Part shown: piece by piece, positions 50,401-58,418 of the stretch
Layout of the letters: every line of letters starts with the position of its first letter
How positions within the stretch are numbered: the stretch's first letter is position 1
From: a virus
IMG/VR virus record: IMGVR_UViG_3300027728_000006
Location: 40,352-104,351 of that record
DNA: 64,000 nt
Strand: one strand, 5' to 3'
Made by a program: the position numbers and the translations under genes
The notes under the pieces: generated by a model
Told to the model about the DNA's origin: nothing
The model's database searches: none
What the model saw: only the letters and a program-made list of their open reading frames with translations

Positions 50401-51997
50401 AAGGTACGCCGCTAGCTCCAATACTTACTCCAGCTCTACCTAAATTGGCGGCTATTGTTTTGCTAATTCTCTCCTGCTCTCTCATCACATTCGATTGAGC
50501 GGTCAAATAATCAAGAAGTTGTTTTTCAGCTTGAACGGTCGTCATTTTGCCGCTCAGTATTTTTTCTGTAAATACGCTATTCTTTTGAAGAATTGAAAGA
50601 ACACCTTGCTCTAATGCAGCTTGCTGCTTGGTAGCCTCATTTCTTCCAAGCAACTCTTTAGCAGATCCAGCGGCAAATTTTGCTAAATTTACAAATAATT
50701 TAGTTAAAACTGCAACAGCTAAAACAGTGCCAGGACCGCCAATAAAATTCGAAATGCCCTTAAAAAATCCCTCTATAAATTTACCACCTTGAGTTTCAGT
50801 ATCTATTTTATTAAAAGATTCAATTATACCGTTGAAACTTGAAAGAAAACCCTTAGCATTTGGTTCAAAAACCAATGATCCAATTTTACTAGCAGCCTCC
50901 TCCAAATTTGAAACCGCCTGAGAAGACAAAGCCGACAAAGTTTTATTCAACTCTTGGTTTCTTTTTATAGCTTGATCAGTAGAGCTCAAAGAGGTTTCTA
51001 GCGCTCTATCATATATGCTATACTCTTTGCCCAAATCAGAAAGAGCTGCCTTCAAGATGTTAATTTGAAAAACCCCACCTACCTGCTCTGCAACATAAGA
51101 TTTTTGTTTAGCTCCAAGAGTATCATAAGTTGAGGCTAATTGTTTTAGAAGATCTATTGCGCTTTGTCCCTCTGACGTATCAACCCCTAATGATCCTAAA
51201 AGGTCTTGAACCTTACCTCTTTGCAGTCTTGTAAAAATAGTTTTAAGTGAGTTACCAATTACGGCACCGCCTCTAGCAGTAGTTTGCTGAGCTGCCGTGA
51301 CTATAGAAATGAGTTCATCCAATGAAACTCCAGCATCTTGAGCCGTAGAACCAACTCTGCTAATAGCGTTAGCCAGGTCTGCTGAACTAACGGCAAACGC
51401 GGCATCGACATTGGCTAATTTATTCACAACTTGTACCGCGTCTAAAGCTGAACCAGAGAAAGAGTTGAGAGTAGCCGTCAAAGCTTCAACACTCCTCACC
51501 GTATCAAGTCCACTTAATCTGGCTAAAATTAAAGCGGCATTAGTTCTCTTAAGAGTTTCTTCAACTCCCAAGCCCTGCCTAGCCAGTTCGGTTGCCGCCT
51601 CAGCAACAGAAGAAAAACTTTGAGCTGTATTTTTAGCTATATCAAATAATGATCCGCCAAATTTTTGCAAACTTGAAGAAGACAAATTAAGTAATACGTT
51701 GATATCTTGAAGCTTTTTTTCAACTTCTATAGTAGAAGTAATCAGCGAAGACAACGCCTTCTCAACGGCAAATATAGCTCCAGCTGATGCTCCGAAGGCT
51801 ATAACGCGAGCATTTGAAGCTTCTAAACTCTTATTAAACTCACTTACTTGAGCAGTTATTCTTCCAAGCGCCTGAGAGCTTTTTTTCGTATTAATCTGAG
51901 AAAGCTCTATTGTTTTTAGAGCTTTCGCTATATCTTTTTCCATTTGGCGCGTATTTGCGCTAACGGAAATTGTTGCACTTGTTAAACCTGTAGCCAT
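41423..51997 (-). CDS. Tail tape-measure protein (TP901-type N-terminus) carrying an internal array of enzymatic cargo domains
   Basis: TMP core (ELARQG, VDAAFAVSSADLA, GAVIGNSLKTIFTR); helical C-terminal part with GPWGAAAG; located downstream of the tail tube and chaperones. Confidence 0.92.
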   Translation of the reverse strand: MATGLTSATISVSANTRQMEKDIAKALKTIELSQINTKKSSQALGRITAQVSEFNKSLEASNARVIAFGASAGAIFAVEKALSSLITSTIEVEKKLQDINVLLNLSSSSLQKFGGSLFDIAKNTAQSFSSVAEAATELARQGLGVEETLKRTNAALILARLSGLDTVRSVEALTATLNSFSGSALDAVQVVNKLANVDAAFAVSSADLANAISRVGSTAQDAGVSLDELISIVTAAQQTTARGGAVIGNSLKTIFTRLQRGKVQDLLGSLGVDTSEGQSAIDLLKQLASTYDTLGAKQKSYVAEQVGGVFQINILKAALSDLGKEYSIYDRALETSLSSTDQAIKRNQELNKTLSALSSQAVSNLEEAASKIGSLVFEPNAKGFLSSFNGIIESFNKIDTETQGGKFIEGFFKGISNFIGGPGTVLAVAVLTKLFVNLAKFAAGSAKELLGRNEATKQQAALEQGVLSILQKNSVFTEKILSGKMTTVQAEKQLLDYLTAQSNVMREQERISKTIAANLGRAGVSIGASGVPLTSATGKKTFSSGFVPNFASDRNVGQAMENAGAREHGYRAGKAKKTTIHDGNGKSFKSFVNNKEDVKTFTNAAGKKATVVRPPNGFGENTQYAAGGYIPNFAKNKVESLSSVKSGGDLKKLYDFGIRGKKNSKTDYYSENVSVDRIKLPYNTSTYDKIAEIKINSSLEQKKDLSSLKYKGVPIGNYLPGSFDQSKLATGNKIGNVSNVKGALGEIDTEIMLKNMGITPVKLKNKFGVDFSYKDKLSKQQLVESKVTKKPVKDDVIYAKALTYLGRKANPSYKGNSNSDTVDLSALGVGLNLFESKASGFVPNFASMGSKFKAMYGGGTTMRAVDKEKTAKKKNLDVKKLDLSDRYTMVHGGNQGLDSANVSLEAGNNLFDAKIATAGLDTSGTNLQRYGIKGVVGDALVGATNNIIKTFGGKEQITDASSLDNAGSVGSAAGTVFETALRKSFNAPAVSQTQRIDFPAPTPELKKFFHNAPGQYEAKISRTPDNLKSTLKKWVDVHGLASSASGYIPNFADRRVGYLDGDVLSDPKYTAIVEEQIASLGISGGVAGYHKYLGELAKKSRKAGSLKKFTGVFGVPGAGKSSMMLGGKNSERADNSKFRKTQRIPIIIPSDIDKVDEIVDTRASLVGTAAAIDKGYWSELDRLMILSSSTPAEQEEIKRRRSLRDSQISEGTSKTNFGREAGTSTSAGLDSAYIEAVALDTLGSEKTRIMGINPNFGLKRKKEKDLPIVEKKRLGLAYGAFSPSTKGHLEMMDMARGKGIPPEDFVVAISREGGKLDQNDPHSLRTLVFDQNVRKYLAQKTFEGANVVKAGSDFTGGIRRHLEVDPVEGRRRFLSAQPGSTAFVGSDKTEKDLTKYKQAGYDVSVGSRTEGISGTKAREAMLSGDSEAMSRIFPEHVLPAINQITPAMKRRTEAAQEIMRRVSSEIDKDLTPIENQLAELPSRITKNTPQDIQQKIITLREARDDLKKKKQTLPPKILKRLSGMFADKYGVPLSSSGFVPNFAKTSGLSFSQSKKDEFGFSSINAILGGKKVGGFSYSEDKPGNVDVGDLTVEKAYRGKGYGSALYEEAIKRNKGKKMKGQLLPQMNRLLQKIKNGEPVSAETLYPQIKRADLAKSSMFEVYGHKGMEIEKMTRDQFASFVNAKINELKKDPKKLQSYFGNVEADEYGGLGVDLQTQHASGFVPNFLDIKKDGSLPFGVRGRANFSKPGLKPNIQLGVGATPDTLFHEASHLAYSKATMSKANSNEGVGRLISDPRKYAGVSSIMASSIFKNVNQNELFKSLGFNPVQLDFDGKNPGATYSGAKAVDEITTRIQEKIFKNKGNLASLSANENTFVKNLEGLDIISNKRMSNVSRRSAEGSKFRSLIEGRFSSAMGGSAGVSASGFIPNFADQVRKNMYDWDGTIIPKIRGGEDEYIRQLGSLKERDLLPIGKKLKAGKKKFDVLTSRPPLFEKAIRETSSRLGLPVNKISFGVKPKDKLVEAQKRGSKIVDDNLDLMGKPGFLNARVLNKRLSSGFIPNFSNALNDAIAREQSSGLSKSQIYVDKHSSLKNKNNPMGLMVANRRDEPGGGIQGIKRAKKEGRNPKTYGAASGFIPNFAADASGDGNENTIAALIAGLQGVAFSAIFLRGEMRQFGESIKEGEKSIKNMSEANDKASAEIPSFEKEIQAQTDRLDKRNTLKEAISAPEFKAAAANKQAQDKIYKDLMAQQASGQITIGDPRIQEADERLKAAKTALSDAYDKEVKRIDQDASEKKNAAEQELRSRKDLISSNKEAVAEQRKSIAQEKKQRLASIASQAGMAAQIIAPQIASFIPQNTQGGREAAATVEGLGNIAGMAGTGALIAGPWGAAAGAAIAALMEIPKIEKAFTSKMPELEKAVTAATENFTKFSDSAQQFLNSSQKLAEIRVNPNSSEGDIITAEKQYIDSLTAMPIKYQEQLVAAERLGNAQVVYSEILERLSLQKISKEVVASNRGTYENAQEGVFERMGSFTQAFSDITINNLGKQLYNVSAAFDRMVGIQTENDKTDYVGKSLSEMLDLMYGRKLSSEDVQSVTAQTYNYTKTTDDPSTVMNEALESSRDFAKKLNDIQVLGIENDGGVNMNNFQDLKGQLLNALQASYAKSGGEVTSEELQILSSLRDTMNRPDQLQQWLQEYQTINNKFISGQEKIEEVRKNIAERQKKEAEKKAQDRQRADQAGARVSSAKSEVDQLFSDFKYAMEEGLSKVKFAGDLESNRGNFGKEIYDLINMPNVSKKRDENNRIFSIEQTTRQEKEQAKTTGATSIFESIGNLINSASLDEKATSGMSDSEIKSATSEFELKKTEFKNELIGSGAMNQILQGDTAGAKGTLDALIEKLIASGSFTATQIQELKNKTIQELGSVNNGIKISNRNELQQKALLAQQLAFDRAKEKITQAQNLGGGAEQIIPNLLGAEDSLINQAKDSLSKTVSGGYNVNNLVKGEDGKIIDKNTGKTPALDSLGALTDTLSTLTKFTGAPITSMGDMNFQAISQGYSQMLAQSIDDLEKQSGGALGSDVFKRMRDQVSSLGTDKEGGASVSSNLQLMQKLGVIDSSQYVDGVTEDYTKKEFENLPKELQDAYKGVSGDSKLQFLGINELTKVSSNGFSSVVEAIEGSFDVSKMAAGIKDGLIASQISERKITAENAKKDAESGLKDSQGEEQKAKAKVEEAEQLFNDRQKFALETKVGRMSIATESEATNPDYIAKSDKIYSEKNIGLARAQVALGRGNIVQKEFGTDPEGMDITSEDFLKKSDAYELVKSAAVSLQQARSQQAAASAEVIKSESRVGAASSLVSGYNSSFVVGDELPFPESGEKKLSRMQAESAQIKDAEKNGYYMSGSENYYSPSAMKPIENFMPPKPAPPNGGSGASNGVVPPGQQVPDRGTSGGAAGNSSRDQASNTTNVDSINLPININIEQGRVASVENSETQVSQLAESIKNQVQEVVQRVVAMQAELQKGGFIKPPPPTNVV
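45842..46207 (-). other. TMP cassette 7: HAD phosphatase
   Basis: Motif I YDWDGTI, motif II LTSR, motif III K, motif IV VDDN. Confidence 0.75.
46235..46816 (-). other. TMP cassette 6: zincin metallopeptidase-like domain
   Basis: TLFHEASHL, with a downstream DE helix (VDEITTR). Confidence 0.65.
46844..47368 (-). other. TMP cassette 5: GNAT acetyltransferase
   Basis: VGDLTVEKAYRGKGYGSALY (acetyl-CoA-binding motif A). Confidence 0.8.
47396..48841 (-). other. TMP cassette 4: P-loop kinase + HxGH nucleotidyltransferase
   Basis: GVPGAGKSS; then GAFSPSTKGH, VGSD and ISGTKAR. Confidence 0.75.
48869..49459 (-). other. TMP cassette 3: second PD-(D/E)XK nuclease-like domain
   Basis: AGTVFE ... RIDF ... 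YEAK. Confidence 0.55.
49487..50095 (-). other. TMP cassette 2: PD-(D/E)XK nuclease-like domain
   Basis: KGALGE ... FGVDF ... LVESK. Confidence 0.65.
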
Positions 51998-52027
51998 TCT
52001 TTTTTCCTAATTAATTACTTATTAAAG

Positions 52028-52035
52028 TATTACAC
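52028..52035 (-). promoter_or_regulatory. GTGTAATA putative late-promoter motif upstream of the TMP
   Basis: The same octamer occurs upstream of other genes (7412-7419, 13196-13203, 54311-54318). Confidence 0.5.
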
Positions 52036-52058
52036 GAAAATAGAAATAATTAATAAAA

Positions 52059-53105
52059 TTATTTCTTTGAATTTTTGGTATCCGTAGCTCTTATAGCATC
52101 ATAAATATTCAATTCTCCGCCTTTATTTTGAGCAGCGTCCAGTAAGTTTGAATCATCAAGCCGAGAATTCATCCCGATCTCTTCGTAGTCAGACTTTTTT
52201 GCCCCCACTAATGAGGTTATTCTACCGCTTCTTTCACCGCGACTGTTCTTTTGGTTGGGAGACTTATCTAAAGCTTTCCTTGTTTTTGATGAAGAAGAAC
52301 CACTTTCACACCAATCTACTAATTTTGAAGGGTCACAGAGTATTTCATCTGATATCTTTTCAGTTGTGTTATTTATCATTTTTCTATACATCGAAGCGTA
52401 AGAAAAAATATCTATTTGATAAGTAGTTAGTTGAGTTATTGGTTTTCCATAAAAGTTATATATTGGGAAATCTGAGCCAGTTAATAAAATTAAATTTTGA
52501 AAAAACCCTGTAGCAGCCACATATTTCAAATTATCTATTTTTAATAAATCTAATATTTTAGATATCTGAATCCACACCTCGTCATATACCTCATCCTCTA
52601 GGCAATCAAAGTAATCATTATTGTCAGAAACTGAAATAGAAAACGAAACATCTTTAAAAAGCAAATTATTCAAATAATAACGATGATAGTATTTTTCAGC
52701 GTATTCTTCCGCAGTAGTTGGTATAATACTTTTTCTTTCAGTTAAAATCTTATTGACTTTTCTTATTTCTTCGTCTATAGTTTTTTGAACACCATCCCTT
52801 TGAGATGGTAACATTAATTTTGATTTTGTTTTTATTAAATTTTCAATAAAGACGCGAGATTGGGCAATTTGGCTCTCTCTTTCCTTAGACCACCATTTTT
52901 TTTCTATATAAAATTTTAAATATTCCTCTTCAGTTTTTACACCATTTTTCTTAGCAATATCCAAACCTTCGCTATAGCGGTTTTTTAAAACTATTTTATC
53001 AGCATAATTAACATGCTTGAAAAAACATTTTTCACTAGATAGCCTTATCTCATCATGCCCCAAACAGATGCTGTGGTAAATCTTTTGGACCTCGTCATAG
53101 TCCAT
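52059..53105 (-). CDS. Putative tail assembly chaperone
   Basis: Immediately upstream of the TMP; helical. Confidence 0.5.
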   Translation of the reverse strand: MDYDEVQKIYHSICLGHDEIRLSSEKCFFKHVNYADKIVLKNRYSEGLDIAKKNGVKTEEEYLKFYIEKKWWSKERESQIAQSRVFIENLIKTKSKLMLPSQRDGVQKTIDEEIRKVNKILTERKSIIPTTAEEYAEKYYHRYYLNNLLFKDVSFSISVSDNNDYFDCLEDEVYDEVWIQISKILDLLKIDNLKYVAATGFFQNLILLTGSDFPIYNFYGKPITQLTTYQIDIFSYASMYRKMINNTTEKISDEILCDPSKLVDWCESGSSSSKTRKALDKSPNQKNSRGERSGRITSLVGAKKSDYEEIGMNSRLDDSNLLDAAQNKGGELNIYDAIRATDTKNSKK

Positions 53106-53122
53106 ATTTTATATAAAGTTAC

Positions 53123-53926
53123 TTACAAGTTTTCAACTGAGACATTCGAAGAATCCTGCTTCTCCTCTACAGCGGGCTCATCAATTTCTTTTTTAGCCTC
53201 ACTTAGACTTTCTTCCTTCTCGGTCTCCCGCTGCTCTTCTTCAATTCTCTTTAAGAATTCATTGTCTAAAAGCTCAAACTCATAAAAATTATTAGCACTA
53301 CCCAAATACCAAATTGTTACAAGATAATTAATTCTAGAAAAAACTTTATTAAGAAAATCGTTAGTTTCGACTACTTCGTCATAATAATCTAACTTAGAAT
53401 CTATGTCGCCGCCATTTAATAAAGCCTTGTGATCACCAATTGAGTCCACTTCTACTCCCAAATTTGCCGCCCACCAAACTATTGACTTATTGCGAGCCTT
53501 AGCCTCCGCAGTATACTCAAAGGCATTAATTTGTGAAAGCTCTAAATCCTGCATCTGCTTTCTCAATAAAACTGTCTCCGCCTGCAATTCTAACAATTTA
53601 CTCTTCTCTTCCTCACTTCTTTCGCTTTCTTTCTTTGCAGAAAGTTTTTCAATTTTTTCACGAGTCTCTGACAATTCAACAAACACTGCAGAATATTCTT
53701 TTTTTTCAGCTTCTGAAATTGTTCCGCCTTGATCTTTAAACATTTTATCCCAAAGAATTTTTGGCAATATTCCAGATCCTATAAATTGAGATAATTTTGA
53801 GGCATAATAAAGCTCGCCCTCTTCTTTTAATTTTCTATTTGGTTTTAAAATCGCAAATTTACGACTTACTCCAGAATCATTCTTTGCTTCAAATGAATAC
53901 AGATATTTTTTATTTTTATCACTCAT
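53123..53926 (-). CDS. Putative tail assembly chaperone (coiled-coil)
   Basis: Between tail tube and TMP; shares a TAE..A motif with the next gene. Confidence 0.5.
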   Translation of the reverse strand: MSDKNKKYLYSFEAKNDSGVSRKFAILKPNRKLKEEGELYYASKLSQFIGSGILPKILWDKMFKDQGGTISEAEKKEYSAVFVELSETREKIEKLSAKKESERSEEEKSKLLELQAETVLLRKQMQDLELSQINAFEYTAEAKARNKSIVWWAANLGVEVDSIGDHKALLNGGDIDSKLDYYDEVVETNDFLNKVFSRINYLVTIWYLGSANNFYEFELLDNEFLKRIEEEQRETEKEESLSEAKKEIDEPAVEEKQDSSNVSVENL

Positions 53927-53943
53927 AATTTTTCCTTTTTCCT

Positions 53944-53976
53944 TTTATTTTACCGTTTATTTTACCGTTTATTTTA
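53944..53976. repeat. 12-bp tandem repeat tttattttaccg (about 2.7 copies), intergenic
   Basis: Read directly from the sequence. Confidence 0.7.
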
Positions 53977-54032
53977 TTTTTTTAAATAAATTTTATTTCA
54001 AAATTACAGATAGCGCTCAAAAGAATGTGCAT

Positions 54033-54266
54033 TTAAACTATTTCCATGCTTGAAAAAAGAGAAGAAATTTGTTCTTCAGAATTTCTAACGGCGGCATTTC
54101 CCCTATCAAGAATTTCTTTTCTTTTAAGTGAATATTCTTGTTCGTCAATTAAGCCTCTCTTTAATAATTCTTCAACGTAAACTAGGTGAGAAATGAATAA
54201 GAACTTCATTTCTTTTTCTATCTTTTGTGACAAGAACTTGTCAAAATTAAATTCAAATTTTTGCAT
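54033..54266 (-). CDS. Hypothetical protein
   Basis: ORF preceded by GTGTAATA; RKEILDRGN motif. Confidence 0.55.
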   Translation of the reverse strand: MQKFEFNFDKFLSQKIEKEMKFLFISHLVYVEELLKRGLIDEQEYSLKRKEILDRGNAAVRNSEEQISSLFSSMEIV

Positions 54267-54322
54267 AATCCTTTTAAACCTTACTTTTAATTTCCTTTTT
54301 TCCTAAATGCTATTACACAATA

Positions 54323-54356
54323 AATAAAAAAAAGAGACTCCGAAGAGTCTCTTTTT
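54323..54356 (-). terminator. Rho-independent terminator with C(UUCG)G loop
   Basis: AAAAAGAGACTC-TTCG-GAGTCTCTTTTTTTT on the minus strand, downstream of the tail-tube operon. Confidence 0.9.
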
Positions 54357-54380
54357 AATAATATATAATATTATAAGGTA

Positions 54381-54686
54381 TTAATTAAATAAGTTTTTTA
54401 CTGAATGAGTTACTTTAGATGATTGACCAGGAACAGGAATCGAAGCAGTAATTGCAGGCTCCTGCTCTAATTTAACAGGCTCAACTTTTGGCTGGACTTC
54501 AACTTTTGGCTGGACTTCAACTTTTGGTTTACCATTCAATTTAAAATTTTCAGAAATATAATCGAAGTCATGACTTGAAAGCTCCACGCTACTGCCTTGA
54601 ACTTTTCCTCTTTTTTTAACCTCTTCAACGTACCCAGCGGCTCTCTCACGAGCCGCCGAATAAATTGTTTTTAGTGGAATTTTCAT
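54381..54686 (-). CDS. Hypothetical protein with KVEVQP duplication
   Basis: ORF with an 18-bp tandem duplication. Confidence 0.55.
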   Translation of the reverse strand: MKIPLKTIYSAARERAAGYVEEVKKRGKVQGSSVELSSHDFDYISENFKLNGKPKVEVQPKVEVQPKVEPVKLEQEPAITASIPVPGQSSKVTHSVKNLFN

Positions 54687-54705
54687 TTTTTAAAAATGAA
54701 TTTTA

Positions 54706-55809
54706 TTAGGGGGCTACCGGATAACTTCCAGACATGAAAACGCCCTTGGTCGAATCTTCAGGTCCGCCGATACTTACTTCATACTCAAGAGACACAGAAG
54801 CATTATCACCGATTGAAGTAGTCAAGCTTTCTGACAATAATTTTGCACCTTTCAATTGAGCAATAAGTGCCGGAGCGCCATTCCCCGAACAGTCATTCTT
54901 TTTCATTGTTATCGTGAGCGTATACACATCAGTCTCGCAAAGAAGATTAGCCAAGTTAAAGTCAGCCAATTCACCCATCTGAGCTTCAACAGAAAGTGAG
55001 GCTGTCACAGGGAAATCAATTTCACGACTAAATGGGAATCTGCTACCTAATTTCTCAATTGGAGTTCTACTCAAGTCAGTTGACAAAGTAAAACTTTGAA
55101 TTTTAATATCATTTGCCTCAAAGCCTTTGACCTGGTCATTACTTAAAGTAAAAGTAATATCTCCAGGTCTTAAAACTGTAACTTGAGTATCATTGTCATC
55201 TCCTGAAGATTGAGGTATTGTGAAAGATATTCCTGTGATCTTCGTACCAGCAGCAGGATCAATAGCTGGAATATGATTTACACCAGTGATGTCAGAGTAA
55301 ACTGCAAAATTGAGAGCCTCAAAGTCGGCACTTGCTGTTGGCACGTCTCCAACTGAAGCCTCCAATGAATAAGATGTTAAGAATGCATTTCCTAAACCGA
55401 ATACGCCAGTTTTGTCGCCGACATATCCCACATTATCGCTACCCTCCTTGGCAACAGTTAAAAAGTAATTCTTTTCATCAGTCTTTTTATTTAAGATACC
55501 CGATAAAATTGATACTGGCAGTCCACTTAATCCGCAAACACTAAGTCCAACATAGCTTTCATTACTTCCATCAGTTGGGTACCATGAAGTACTCATGTTA
55601 ACAGTTGGAGCCTCAACTTCGATACGGTCGATAGCAGCTAATTGACCATATTGGTTAATATCGGTGAAGTTTCTTGAAAAGTCTGAGTCCCAGCTTTGAA
55701 CGCGAGTTAGCTGAGCTATGTCGCCAACTCCAGTATGAGAGCCTGAGCGGGCTGAATTTTGTCCAGCATATAAAGCTAAACTTTGATAAATGATACGATT
55801 TCTTGACAT
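54706..55809 (-). CDS. Major tail tube protein
   Basis: MSRNRIIYQS, RVQS, INQYGQLA and IQSFTLS..LSRTPIEKLGS two-fold beta repeat; lies between the neck genes and the chaperones. Confidence 0.7.
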   Translation of the reverse strand: MSRNRIIYQSLALYAGQNSARSGSHTGVGDIAQLTRVQSWDSDFSRNFTDINQYGQLAAIDRIEVEAPTVNMSTSWYPTDGSNESYVGLSVCGLSGLPVSILSGILNKKTDEKNYFLTVAKEGSDNVGYVGDKTGVFGLGNAFLTSYSLEASVGDVPTASADFEALNFAVYSDITGVNHIPAIDPAAGTKITGISFTIPQSSGDDNDTQVTVLRPGDITFTLSNDQVKGFEANDIKIQSFTLSTDLSRTPIEKLGSRFPFSREIDFPVTASLSVEAQMGELADFNLANLLCETDVYTLTITMKKNDCSGNGAPALIAQLKGAKLLSESLTTSIGDNASVSLEYEVSIGGPEDSTKGVFMSGSYPVAP

Positions 55810-55911
55810 ATTTTTATATTATTGTTGATGTTTTTAGTTTTATTCCTATTAAAAAGAAAAAAAAATAAATTATGCAAATTATTACATTTAAAAATTATCG
55901 TTGGGAACAAT

Positions 55912-56757
55912 TTAAAATCTGGGCATTCTTATTGTTTTTAATTTAAAATCAGCAAAACCGCCCCAAACGCCTTCCTTTATTAGCTTGTTAACTCTTTCAT
56001 CAAATTTTGAAATCCTTACAGAGTCTATGTAAACTAAGTTATTCGAATACTGAATTGACAGATTTCTATAATTATATCCACTAGTTTCAGATTTAAAATC
56101 TCCAAATATATTAAATGGAATTCCAGAGGACGGAATCAAAGAAAAGCTTTTTCTTGCGGAATCTTGCAAAATGGAATTTAAAGAATCTAACTTAAAGGCT
56201 GTATCAGAAAATATTGTACATCTAAATTCATGATTAGATTCATCCAATCCACCAAAAGCAAAAGGCTCATTTTCTCCAAAAAAATTCTTAACATAAATAA
56301 GTGGATATGGCTCAAGTGAATTTGGCAGCGCTCCAGTTATAGCATTAGATAAAACTGGGTCATTTAAAAAAAGCTGGGTTTCGTCTTTAGCAGTCAAGAA
56401 AAGATTAAATTCCTTAGTGGCAAAATTTGTCTGAATATTTGAAATTGAAGCGGGCACAGTATTATCAAAAATTAATCTCCCCATCCCGTAGTCAACTTTC
56501 ATTCCAGAAGCACCTTTTGGATAAAAATTTCCACTTATATTTGCGCCGGAACATATTGCAGCATCATAAATACTAGAATCAGCAACCCATTGCCTGTATT
56601 GAGATTGATAAACGGTATAGTTATTAAAATATGGATCAGAAGAAGGATAAAGAATTCCAGACTGAATATTTATAAAAGCATCACCCCTGCTGCAGACTTC
56701 ATGATCTAAAAACAGCATAAACGAGGCGGACAATTCATTAACAAAAGAAGCTTTCAT
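55912..56757 (-). CDS. Putative tail terminator/neck protein
   Basis: Position upstream of the tail tube; YPLIYV..EPFAFGG motif. Confidence 0.5.
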   Translation of the reverse strand: MKASFVNELSASFMLFLDHEVCSRGDAFINIQSGILYPSSDPYFNNYTVYQSQYRQWVADSSIYDAAICSGANISGNFYPKGASGMKVDYGMGRLIFDNTVPASISNIQTNFATKEFNLFLTAKDETQLFLNDPVLSNAITGALPNSLEPYPLIYVKNFFGENEPFAFGGLDESNHEFRCTIFSDTAFKLDSLNSILQDSARKSFSLIPSSGIPFNIFGDFKSETSGYNYRNLSIQYSNNLVYIDSVRISKFDERVNKLIKEGVWGGFADFKLKTIRMPRF

Positions 56758-56761
56758 ATTT

Positions 56762-57352
56762 TTAATTATTTACACTAAATAGTCTTTTTAGAAAATTATT
56801 ATACATTCTCGAAAAATAAGAAGTGTTTTTAAATACCGCAGATCTAACTTTATTATCTGACTGAACGCCGCCACCAGACCTTCCAGAATTAGATCTTGAA
56901 ATAAAATATCCCAATCCACTTATTCCTTTTTCTATTCCAGTTAGCCAACTTCTACCAGCAGCCCATGGTATTGGCGTTTTATTTTCAAATTCGTCCATTG
57001 AAGGAACGAAAACCTTAAAAACAATTTGACCATATGGCTTACCCCTTTCAGATTTTCCAGATCCAACCATTCTTATTTTATTTATTAAATTTTTAACAAT
57101 TTCAGTGGGTTTTGAGCCACCATTAAAACCTATGAAAGAAAAAATATTCCCGTAGCCCCCCAAGGTTCCGGAAGTATTTTCGCTACTTTCGCCAGCGTCC
57201 ATTTCCTCTGTGACAGAATGCGATTCAAATTCATTTAAAAATTGCTTTCTTTCATCTTCAAGTTTACTCTCAGCTATCTCCAATGCTGCACTTTTTATTT
57301 CTGACAAGTTTCCAATGTTGAGTCGCAAAGTTTTTTTATCTAACGTAGCCAT
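56762..57352 (-). CDS. Putative neck/tail completion protein
   Basis: Position; SWLTGIEKGISG and GRSGGG motifs. Confidence 0.45.
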   Translation of the reverse strand: MATLDKKTLRLNIGNLSEIKSAALEIAESKLEDERKQFLNEFESHSVTEEMDAGESSENTSGTLGGYGNIFSFIGFNGGSKPTEIVKNLINKIRMVGSGKSERGKPYGQIVFKVFVPSMDEFENKTPIPWAAGRSWLTGIEKGISGLGYFISRSNSGRSGGGVQSDNKVRSAVFKNTSYFSRMYNNFLKRLFSVNN

Positions 57353-57362
57353 GGCGCTGTTT

Positions 57363-57809
57363 TTAATTCACTTCCTTCACAAACACTGTATAAAAATCAA
57401 TCGAAATTAATCCATGAGGTTTAGAAAATCCAATCCACTCACAACTTTTGCCGTCTATCAAAAACTCCTTGTATCCATTTATGAAATCAAAAGCGTCTCT
57501 TTTCATTTTTAATCTACAATTATTATCATGAATTTTTGGTCTAACCTCATTTGTTGGTCCGCCAAAAAGCTCTTTCGATGGATCCTGCCACATAATCCTC
57601 ATTTTAAATACCCCAGAAACTGGAATTAATTGCTCGACAGTAGAAGACTGAGAAGATCTATCATAAAAATAATTATGAGATTGATCTTGAGTTTGGACTA
57701 TAACTTTCTTAGGCTCTTTTATAACGACGACGTCTCTGCCAAATGACTCATGAATGTCATTAAAGACAGATGAGTAAGAAGATTTCTGAAAATCTGAAAA
57801 AAAGTTCAT
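57363..57809 (-). CDS. Putative head closure (stopper) protein
   Basis: Position and size in the neck module. Confidence 0.4.
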   Translation of the reverse strand: MNFFSDFQKSSYSSVFNDIHESFGRDVVVIKEPKKVIVQTQDQSHNYFYDRSSQSSTVEQLIPVSGVFKMRIMWQDPSKELFGGPTNEVRPKIHDNNCRLKMKRDAFDFINGYKEFLIDGKSCEWIGFSKPHGLISIDFYTVFVKEVN

Positions 57810-57817
57810 ATTTAGTA

Positions 57818-58375
57818 TTAATAAATATAGTCTCTATCTGATCTGTAATCGTTATAATCAGAAGAAACACCTCGATAGGATGTTCCAGCAACAGTATCAT
57901 CTCCAACAACTTGCTGAGGACCAGAATTATACTTAATATAATTAATAATCATCCTGTCTAACTCCTCCCTGGAATCCTTAGCCATAGACTTGAAAGTCTT
58001 AGCGACTTCATTTCTGTTCATTCTGGTTATCGAAGAGTCGCCCTCTTTTAGGGAAGTCCAATCATTCCCACCTAAAGCTCCTCCAATCCCACTTAATGAA
58101 TATCTAGCTTGTTTATTATAAAAATCAACTTCAAATATTTTTTTATAAATAGCCATCTGTTCCGAATTTAGATCAGGAACAATGTCATAACTTACTATTT
58201 CGCCGTATTGACCAGTGGCGTAACTGCCAGAAAAACAACCATCTATTAAGTTATTTAATTTTCCAACATTAGAGTTTCCAGCAAACCAATTTGCTAAAAA
58301 TTCAGTAGAGTAACCAGCAGATTCGCCGATATCTTCGTGGACAGATTGTATAAATTCATCATAATAAGTAGCCAT
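57818..58375 (-). CDS. Putative head-tail adaptor
   Basis: Position; WTSLKEGDSSITR motif. Confidence 0.4.
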   Translation of the reverse strand: MATYYDEFIQSVHEDIGESAGYSTEFLANWFAGNSNVGKLNNLIDGCFSGSYATGQYGEIVSYDIVPDLNSEQMAIYKKIFEVDFYNKQARYSLSGIGGALGGNDWTSLKEGDSSITRMNRNEVAKTFKSMAKDSREELDRMIINYIKYNSGPQQVVGDDTVAGTSYRGVSSDYNDYRSDRDYIY

Positions 58376-58418
58376 ATTATATTGTTACACTAATAGCTAC
58401 CTCAATGTTTATTTTTTA

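Noticed and set aside
53106-53200. Programmed -1 frameshift joining the two tail chaperone genes (AAAAAAG near the end of 53123-53926)
   Set aside because: The heptamer is out of phase (GCT AAA AAA GAA), and the -1 frame has TAA at 53109-53111 just before the next ATG
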